From: Eledone cirrhosa
Taxonomy: Eukaryota
Direction of reading: 5' to 3'
Assembly (NCBI GenBank): GCA_964016885.1
Contig: OZ024741.1
Location: 371,752,001-371,816,000, forward strand
Length of the DNA: 64,000 nt
The notes under the pieces were generated by a model. It was not told the origin of the DNA and made no database searches. It was given only the letters and a program-made list of their open reading frames with translations. Below are positions 1-9,800 of this stretch, one piece after another (positions within the stretch are counted from its first letter, which is position 1; the number at the start of each line of letters is the position of its first letter). The position numbers and the translations under genes are program-made.

Positions 1-5
1 AGTGG

Positions 6-15
6 ACAACGTTGT
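6..15. other. Palindrome ACAACGTTGT (10 bp in G14 monomers; AACGTT core otherwise) centred on the only CpG of the consensus monomer
   Basis: ACAACGTTGT is its own reverse complement. It extends to 12 bp (GACAACGTTGTC) at 20,762-20,773. AACGTT is the AclI site. Confidence 0.9.
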
Positions 16-30
16 TAGGAGTCTGACAAC
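11..30. other. Intra-monomer inverted repeat GTTRTTAG-GAGT-CTRACAAC (8-bp stem, 4-nt loop), present in essentially every monomer; first instance given
   Basis: The reverse complement of GTTGTTAG is CTAACAAC. The stem is perfect in G14/A25 monomers (e.g. 781-800) and has 1-2 mismatches otherwise. Actual folding or cruciform extrusion is not shown. Confidence 0.9.
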
Positions 31-3000
31 TGTATAGTGGACAACGTTATTAGGAGTCTAACAACTGTATAGTGGACAACGTTATTAGGAGTCTGACAAC
101 TGTATAGTGAACAACGTTATTAGGAGTCTGACAACTGTATAGTGGACAATGTAATTAGGAGTCTAACAACTGTATAGTGGACAACGTTGTTAGGAGCCTG
201 ACAACTGTGTAGTGGAGATCGTTGTTAGGAGACTAACAACTGTATAGTGGACAACGTTGTTAGGAGTCTGACAACTGTATAGTGGACAACGTTATTAGGA
301 GTCTAACAACTGTATAGTGGACAACGTTGTTAGGAGCCTAACAACTGTATAGTGGAGATCGTTGTCAGGAGTCTAACAACTGTATAGTGGACAACGTTGT
401 TAGGAGTCTGTCAACGATATAGTGGACAACGTTACTAGGTGTCTAACAACTGTATATTGGACAACGTTATTAGCAGTCTAACAACGGTATAGTGGACAAC
501 GTTATTAGGTGTCTAACAACTGTATAGTGGACAACGTTATTAGGAGTCTAACAACGGACTAGTGGACAACGTTATTAGGAGTCTAACAACTGTATAGTGA
601 GCAACGTTGTTAGGAGTGTAACAACTGTATAGTGGGCAACGTTATTAGGAGTCTAACAACTGTATAGTGGACAACGTTATTAGGAGTCTAACAACTGTAT
701 AGTGGACAATATTATTAGGAGTCTAACAACTGTATAGTGGACAACGTTATTAGGAGTCTGACAACTGTATAGTGGACAACGTTGTTAGGAGTCTAACAAC
801 TGAATAGTGGACAACGTTATTAGGAGTCTAACAACTGTATAGTGGACAACGTTATTAGGAGTCTAACAACTGTATAGTGGACAACGTTATTAGGAGTCTG
901 TCAACCGTATAGTGGATAGCGTTATTAGGAGTCTGACAACTGTATAGTGGACAACGTTATTAGGAGTCTAACAACTGTGTAGTGGACAACGTTATTAGGA
1001 GTCTAACAATGTATAGTGGACAACGTTATTAGGAGTCTAACAACTGTATAGTGGACAACGTTATTAGGTGTCTAACAACTATATAGTGGTCAACGTTATT
1101 ATGTGTCTAACAACTGTATAGTGGACAACGTTATTAGGAGTCTGACAACTGTATAGTGGACAACGTTATTAGGAGTCTAACAACTTTGTAGTGGACAACG
1201 TTATTAGGAGTCTAACAACTGTATAGTGGACAACGTTGTTAGGAGTCGAACAACTGAATAGTGGACAACGTTATTAGGAGTCTCACAACTGTATAGTGGG
1301 CAACGTTGTTAGGAGTCTGACAACTGTATAGTGGTCAACGTTATTAGGAGTCTAACAACTGTATAGTGGACAACGTTATTAGGAGTCTAACAACGGATTA
1401 GTGAACAACGTTATTGGGAGTCTAACAACTGTATAGTGGACAACGTTATTTGGAGTCTAACAACTGTATAGTGGACAACGTTATTAGGAGTCTGACAACT
1501 GTATAGTGGACAACGTTATTAGGAGTCTGACAACTGTAGAGTAGACAACGTTGTTAGGAGTCTAACAACTGTATAGTGGTCAACGTTGTTAGGAGTCTGA
1601 CAACTGTATAGTGGACTACGTTGTTAGGAGTCTAACAACTGTATAGTGAACTACGTTATTAGGAGTCTGACAACTGTATAGTGGACAACGTTATTAGGAG
1701 TCTAACAACTGTGTAGTGGACAACGTTATTAGGAGTCTAACAACTGTATAGTGGACAATGTTATTAGGAGTCTAACAACTGTATAGTGGACACCGTTATT
1801 AGGAGTCTAACAACTGTATAGTGGACAACGTTATTAGGAGTGTGACAACTGTATAGTGGACAACGTTATTAGGAGTCTGACAACTGTATAGTGGACAACG
1901 TTATTAGGAGTCTAACAACTGTGTAGTGGACAACGTTATTAGGAGTCTAACAACTGTATAGTGGACAACGTTGTTAGGAGTCTAACAACTGTATTGTGGA
2001 CAACGTTATTAGGAGTCTGACAACTGTATAGTGGACAACGTAATTAGGAGTCTAACAACTGTATAGTGGACAAGGTTGTTAGGAGCCTAACAACTGTATA
2101 GTGGAGATCGTTGTTAGGAGTCTAACAACTGTATAGTGGACAACGTTGTTAGGAGTCTGACAACTGTATAGTGGACAACGTTGTTAGGAGTCTAACAACT
2201 GTATAGTGGACAACGTTGTTAGGAGCCTAACAACTGTATAGTGGAAATCGTTGTTAGGAGTCTAACAACTGTATAGTGGACAACGTTATTAGGAGTCTGA
2301 CAACTGTATATTGGACAACGTTATTAGGAGTCTGACAACTGTATAGTGGACAACGTAATTAGGAGTCTAACAACTGTATAGTGGACAACGTTGTTAGGAG
2401 CCTAACAACTGTATAGTGGAGATCGTTGTTAGGAGTCTAACAACTGTATAGTGGACAACGTTGTTATGAGTCTGACAACTGTATAGTGGACAACGTTATT
2501 AGGAGTCTAACAACTGTATAGTGGACAACGTTGTTAGGAGCCTAACAACTGTATAGTGGACAACGTTATTAGGAGTCTGACAACTGTATAGTGGACTACG
2601 TTATTAGGAGTCTGACAACTGTAGAGTGGACAACGTTGTTAGGATTCTGACGACTGTATAGTGGACAACGTTGTTAGGAGTCTAACAACTGTATAGTGGA
2701 CAACGTTGTTAGGAATCTGACAACTGTATAGTGAACAACGTTGTTAGGAGTCTGACAAGTGGAGAGTGGACAACGTTGTTAGGAGTCTGACAACTGTATA
2801 GTGGACAACGTTATTAGGAGTCTGACAACTGTATAGTGGACAACGTTGTTAGGAGTCTGACAACTGTATAGTGGACAACGTAATTAGGAGTCTAACAACT
2901 GTATAGTGGACAACGTTGTTAGGAGCCTAACAACTGTATAGTGGAGATCGTTGTTAGGAGTCTGACAACTGTATAGTGGACAACGTTATTAGGTGTCTAA

Positions 3001-6000
3001 CAACTGTATAGTGGACAACGTTATTAGGAGTCTAACAACGGACTAGTGGACAACGTTATTAGGAGTCTGACAACTGTATAGTGGACTACGTTATTAGGAG
3101 TCTGACAACTGTAGAGTGGACAACGTTGTTAGGATTCTGAAGACTGTATAGTGGACAACGTTGTTAGGAGTCTGACAACTGTATAGTGGACAACGTTGTT
3201 AGGAGTCTGACAACTGTATAGTGGACAACGTTATTAGGATTCTAACAACTGTATAGTGGACAACGTTGTTAGGAGCCTAACAACTGTATAGTGGAGATCG
3301 TTGTTAGGAGTCTAACAACTGTATAGTGGACAACGTTGTTAGGAGTCTGACAACTGTATAGTGGACAACGTTGTTAGGAGTCTGACAACTGTATAGTGGA
3401 CAACGTTGTTAGGAGTCTGACAACTGTATAGTGGACAACGTTATTAGGAGTCTAACAACTGTATAGTGTACAACGTTATTAGGAGTCTGACAACTGTATA
3501 GTGAACAACGTTATTAGGAGTCTGACAACTGTATAGTGGACAATGTAATTAGGAGTCTAACAACTGTATAGTGGACAACGTTGTTAGGAGCCTGACAACT
3601 GTGTAGTGGAGATCGTTGTTAGGAGACTAACAACTGTATAGTGGACAACGTTGTTAGGAGTCTGACAACTGTATAGTGGACAACGTTATTAGGAGTCTAA
3701 CAACTGTATAGTGGACAACGTTGTTAGGAGCCTAACAACTGTATAGTGGAGATCGTTGTCAGGAGTCTAACAACTGTATAGTGGACAACGTTGTTAGGAG
3801 TCTGTCAACGATATAGTGGACAACGTTACTAGGTGTCTAACAACTGTATATTGGACAACGTTATTAGCAGTCTAACAACGGTATAGTGGACAACGTTATT
3901 AGGTGTCTAACAACTGTATAGTGGACAACGTTATTAGGAGTCTAACAACGGACTAGTGGACAACGTTATTAGGAGTCTAACAACTGTATAGTGGACAATA
4001 TTATTAGGAGTCTAACAACTGTATAGTGGACAACGTTATTAGGAGTCTGACAACTGTATAGTGGACAACGTTGTTAGGAGTCTAACAACTGAATAGTGGA
4101 CAACGTTATTAGGAGTCTAACAACTGTATAGTGGACAACGTTATTAGGAGTCTAACAACTGTATAGTGGACAACGTTATTAGGAGTCTGTCAACCGTATA
4201 GTGGATAGCGTTATTAGGAGTCTGACAACTGTATAGTGGACAACGTTATTAGGAGTCTAACAACTGTGTAGTGGACAACGTTATTAGGAGTCTAACAATG
4301 TATAGTGGACAACGTTATTAGGAGTCTAACAACTGTATAGTGGACAACGTTATTAGGTGTCTAACAACTGTATAGTGGTCAACGTTATTATGTGTCTAAC
4401 AACTGTATAGTGGACAACATTATTAGGAGTCTGACAACTGTATAGTGGACAACGTTATTAGGAGTCTGACAACTGTATCGTGGACAACGTTGTTAGGAGT
4501 CTAACAACTGAATAGTGGACAACGTTATTAGGAGTCTAACAACTGTGTAGTGGACAACGTTATTAGGAGTCTGACAACTGCATAGTGGACAACGTTATTA
4601 GGAGTCTAACAACTGTATAGTGGACAACGTTATTAGGAGTCTGACAACTGTATAGTGGACAACGTTATTAGGAGTCTAACAACTTTGTAGTGGACAACGT
4701 TATTAGGAGTCTAACAACTGTATAGTGGACAACGTTGTTAGGAGTCGAACAACTGAATAGTGGACAACGTTATTAGGAGTCTCACAACTGTATAGTGGAC
4801 AACGTTGTTAGGAGTCTGACAACTGTATAGTGGTCAACGTTATTAGGAGTCTAACAACTGTATAGTGGACAACGTTATTAGGAGTCTAACAACGGATTAG
4901 TGAACAACGTTATTGGGAGTCAAACAACTGTATAGTGGACAACGTTATTTGGAGTCTAACAACTGTATAGTGGACAACGTTATTAGGAGTCTGACAACTG
5001 TATAGTGGACAACGTTATTAGGAGTCTGACAACTGTAGAGTAGACAACGTTGTTAGGAGTCTAACAACTGTATAGTGGTCAACGTTGTTAGGAGTCTGAC
5101 AACTGTATAGTGGACTACGTTGTTAGGAGTCTAACAACTGTATAGTGAACTACGTTATTAGGAGTCTGACAACTGTATAGTGGACAACGTTATTAGGAGT
5201 CTAACAACTGTGTAGTGGACAACGTTATTAGGAGTCTAACAACTGTATAGTGGACAATGTTATTAGGAGTCTAACAACTGTATAGTGGACACCGTTATTA
5301 GGAGTCTAACAACTGTATAGTGGACAACGTTATTAGGAGTCTAACAACGGACTAGTGGACAACGTTATTAGGAGTCTAACAACTGTATAGTGAGCAACGT
5401 TGTTAGGAGTGTAACAACTGTATAGTGGGCAACGTTATTAGGAGTCTAACAACTGTATAGTGGACAACGTTATTAGGAGTCTAACAACTGTATAGTGGAC
5501 AATATTATTAGGAGTCTAACAACTGTATAGTGGACAACGTTATTAAGAGTCTGACAACTGTATAGTGGACTACGTTATTAGGAGTCTGACAACTGTAGAG
5601 TGGACAACGTTGTTAGGATTCTGAAGACTGTATAGTGGACAACGTTGTTAGGAGTCTGACAACTGTATAGTGGACAACGTTGTTAGGAGTCTGACAACTG
5701 TATAGTGGACAACGTTATTAGGATTCTAACAACTGTATAGTGGACAACGTTGTTAGGAGCCTAACAACTGTATAGTGGAGATCGTTGTTAGGAGTCTAAC
5801 AACTGTATAGTGGACAACGTTGTTAGGAGTCTGACAACTGTATAGTGGACAACGTTGTTAGGAGTCTGACAACTGTATAGTGGACAACGTTGTTAGGAGT
5901 CTGACAACTGTATAGTGGACAACGTTATTAGGAGTCTAACAACTGTATAGTGTACAACGTTATTAGGAGTCTGACAACTGTATAGTGAACAACGTTATTA

Positions 6001-6839
6001 GGAGTCTGACAACTGTATAGTGGACAATGTAATTAGGAGTCTAACAACTGTATAGTGGACAACGTTGTTAGGAGCCTGACAACTGTGTAGTGGAGATCGT
6101 TGTTAGGAGACTAACAACTGTATAGTGGACAACGTTGTTAGGAGTCTGACAACTGTATAGTGGACAACGTTATTAGGAGTCTAACAACTGTATAGTGGAC
6201 AACGTTGTTAGGAGCCTAACAACTGTATAGTGGAGATCGTTGTCAGGAGTCTAACAACTGTATAGTGGACAACGTTGTTAGGAGTCTGTCAACGATATAG
6301 TGGACAACGTTACTAGGTGTCTAACAACTGTATATTGGACAACGTTATTAGCAGTCTAACAACGGTATAGTGGACAACGTTATTAGGTGTCTAACAACTG
6401 TATAGTGGACAACGTTATTCGGAGTCTAACAACGGACTAGTGGACAACGTTATTAGGAGTCTAACAACTGTATAGTGAACAACGTTGTTAGGAGTGTAAC
6501 AACTGTATAGTGGGCAACGTTATTAGGAGTCTAACAACTGTATAGTGGACAACGTTATTAGGAGTCTAACAACTGTATAGTGGACAATATTATTAGGAGT
6601 CTAACAACTGTATAGTGGACAACGTTATTAGGAGTCTGACAACTGTATAGTGGACAACGTTGTTAGGAGTCTAACAACTGAATAGTGGACAACGTTATTA
6701 GGAGTCTAACAACTGTATAGTGGACAACGTTATTAGGAGTCTAACAACTGTATAGTGGACAACGTTATTAGGAGTCTGTCAACCGTATAGTGGATAGCGT
6801 TATTAGGAGTCTGACAACTGTATAGTGGACAACGTTATT

Positions 6840-9800
6840 AGGAGTCTAACAACTGTGTAGTGGACAACGTTATTAGGAGTCTAACAATGTATAGTGGACA
6901 ACGTTATTAGGAGTCTAACAACTGTATAGTGGACAACGTTATTAGGTGTCTAACAACTGTATAGTGGTCAACGTTATTATGTGTCTAACAACTGTATAGT
7001 GGACAACATTATTAGGAGTCTGACAACTGTATAGTGGACAACGTTATTAGGAGTCTGACAACTGTATCGTGGACAACGTTGTTAGGAGTCTAACAACTGT
7101 GTAGTGGACAACGTTATTAGGAGTCTGACAACTGCATAGTGGACAACGTTATTAGGAGTCTAACAACTGTATAGTGGACAACGTTATTAGGAGTCTGACA
7201 ACTGTATAGTGGACAACGTTATTAGGAGTCTAACAACTTTGTAGTGGACAACGTTATTAGGAGTCTAACAACTGTATAGTGGACAACGTTGTTAGGAGTC
7301 GAACAACTGAATAGTGGACAACGTTATTAGGAGTCTCACAACTGTATAGTGGACAACGTTGTTAGGAGTCTGACAACTGTATAGTGGTCAACGTTATTAG
7401 GAGTCTAACAACTGTATAGTGGACAACGTTATTAGGAGTCTAACAACGGATTAGTGAACAACGTTATTGGGAGTCAAACAACTGTATAGTGGACAACGTT
7501 ATTTGGAGTCTAACAACTGTATAGTGGACAACGTTATTAGGAGTCTGACAACTGTATAGTGGACAACGTTATTAGGAGTCTGACAACTGTAGAGTAGACA
7601 ACGTTGTTAGGAGTCTAACAACTGTATAGTGGTCAACGTTGTTAGGAGTCTGACAACTGTATAGTGGACTACGTTGTTAGGAGTCTAACAACTGTATAGT
7701 GAACTACGTTATTAGGAGTCTGACAACTGTATAGTGGACAACGTTATTAGGAGTCTAACAACTGTGTAGTGGACAACGTTATTAGGAGTCTAACAACTGT
7801 ATAGTGGACAATGTTATTAGGAGTCTAACAACTGTATAGTGGACACCGTTATTAGGAGTCTAACAACTGTATAGTGGACAACGTTATTAGGAGTCTGACA
7901 ACTGTATAGTGGACAACGTTATTAGGAGTCTGACAACTGTATAGTGGACAACGTTATTAGGAGTCTAACAACTGTGTAGTGGACAACGTTATTAGGAGTC
8001 TAACAACTGTATAGTGGACAACGTTGTTAGGAGTCTAACAACTGTATTGTGGACAACGTTATTAGGAGTCTGACAACTGTATAGTGGACAACGTAATTAG
8101 GAGTCTAACAACTGTATAGTGGACAAGGTTGTTAGGAGCCTAACAACTGTATAGTGGAGATCGTTGTTAGGAGTCTAACAACTGTATAGTGGACAACGTT
8201 GTTAGGAGTCTGACAACTGTATAGTGGACAACGTTGTTAGGAGTCTAACAACTGTATAGTGGACAACGTTGTTAGGAGTCTAACAACTGTATAGTGGACA
8301 ACGTTGTTAGGAGCCTAACAACTGTATAGTGGAAATCGTTGTTAGGAGTCTAACAACTGTATAGTGGACAACGTTATTAGGAGTCTGACAACTGTATATT
8401 GGACAACGTTATTAGGAGTCTGACAACTGTATAGTGGACAACGTAATTCGGTGTCTAACAACTGTATAGTGGACAACGTTGTTAGGAGCCTAACAACTGT
8501 ATAGTGGAGATCGTTGTTAGGAGTCTAACAACTGTATAGTGGACAACGTTGTTATGAGTCTGACAACTGTATAGTGGACAACGTTATTAGGAGTCTAACA
8601 ACTGTATAGTGGACAACGTTGTTAGGAGCCTAACAACTGTATAGTGGACAACGTTATTAGGAGTCTGACAACTGTATAGTGGAATACGTTATTAGGAGTC
8701 TGACAACTGTAGAGTGGACAACGTTGTTAGGATTCTGACGACTGTATAGTGGACAACGTTGTTAGGAGTCTAACAACTGTATAGTGGACAACGTTGTTAG
8801 GAATCTGACAACTGTATAGTGAACAACGTTGTTAGGAGTCTGACAAGTGGAGAGTGGACAACGTTGTTAGGAGTCTGACAACTGTATAGTGGACAACGTT
8901 ATTAGGAGTCTGACAACTGTATAGTGGACAACGTTGTTAGGAGTCTGACAACTGTATAGTGGACAACGTAATTAGGAGTCTAACAACTGTATAGTGGACA
9001 ACGTTGTTAGGAGCCTAACAACTGTATAGTGGAGATCGTTGTTAGGAGTCTGACAACTGTATAGTGGACAACGTTATTAGTAGTCTGACAGCTGTAGAGT
9101 GGACAACGTTATTATGAGTCTAACAACTGTATAGTGGACAACGTTATTAGGAGTCTCACAACTGTATAGTGGACAACGTTATTAGGAGTCTGACAACTGT
9201 ATAGTGGACTACGTTATTAGGAGTCTGACAACTGTAGAGTGGACAACGTTGTTAGGATTCTGAAGACTGTATAGTGGACAACGTTGTTAGGAGTCTGACA
9301 ACTGTATAGTGGACAACGTTGTTAGGAGTCTGACAACTGTATAGTGGACAACGTTATTAGGATTCTAACAACTGTATAGTGGACAACGTTGTTAGGAGCC
9401 TAACAACTGTATAGTGGAGATCGTTGTTAGGAGTCTAACAACTGTATAGTGGACAACGTTGTTAGGAGTCTGACAACTGTATAGTGGACAACGTTGTTAG
9501 GAGTCTGACAACTGTATAGTGGACAACGTTGTTAGGAGTCTGACAACTGTATAGTGGACAACGTTATTAGGAGTCTAACAACTGTATAGTGGACAACGTT
9601 ATTAGGAGTCTGACAACTGTATAGTGAACAACGTTATTAGGAGTCTGACAACTGTATAGTGGACAATGTAATTAGGAGTCTAACAACTGTATAGTGGACA
9701 ACGTTGTTAGGAGCCTGACAACTGTGTAGTGGAGATCGTTGTTAGGAGACTAACAACTGTATAGTGGACAACGTTGTTAGGAGTCTGACAACTGTATAGT

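Larger units (their letters stand above)
1..6840. repeat. HOR zone 1: rearranged, partial copies of a ~3.4-3.6 kb variant cassette
   Basis: The rare marker TCAACG(A/G)TAT followed by GTTACTAGGTG occurs at 411, 3,805, 6,289 and 9,928. Spacings are 3,394, 2,484 and 3,639, i.e. 97, 71 and 104 monomers minus 1 bp each. Confidence 0.8.

Noticed and set aside
15-21. Telomere-like TTAGG (arthropod-type) motif
   Set aside because: It occurs once per 35 bp and never in tandem. There is no G-rich telomeric tract or G-quadruplex-forming run pattern. A subtelomeric location cannot be excluded but is not supported.
11-30. Rho-independent terminator or structured ncRNA gene
   Set aside because: The stem is AT-rich with no following U-tract. 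There are no tRNA or rRNA features and no evidence of transcription from sequence alone.
17-38. Bacterial signals: AGGAG Shine-Dalgarno, CTGACA/TTGACA -35-like and TATAGT -10-like hexamers
   Set aside because: The -35/-10 spacing is 4 or 39 bp rather than about 17, and no ORF follows. These are chance matches multiplied by the repeat.
29-45. LexA SOS box (CTGTATA half-site) or dif-like TGTATA core
   Set aside because: There is no CTG-N10-CAG second half-site, and the flanks do not resemble XerC/XerD arms.
29-63. Monomer as 5 x 7-bp ancestral subrepeats (ACTGTAT/AGTGGAC/AACGTTA/TTAGGAG/TCTAACA)
   Set aside because: Only the first two heptamers are appreciably similar (4/7). The 15+20 split is better supported.
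56-90. Integron attC-like ends: GTCTAAC/GCCTAAC fits RYYYAAC and GTTAGG(A/T) approximates GTTRRRY
   Set aside because: The unit is 35 bp, below the ~57 bp minimum for attC. There are no complementary L boxes even across a dimer, the GTT core is absent in A14 monomers, and no cassettes or integrase are present.
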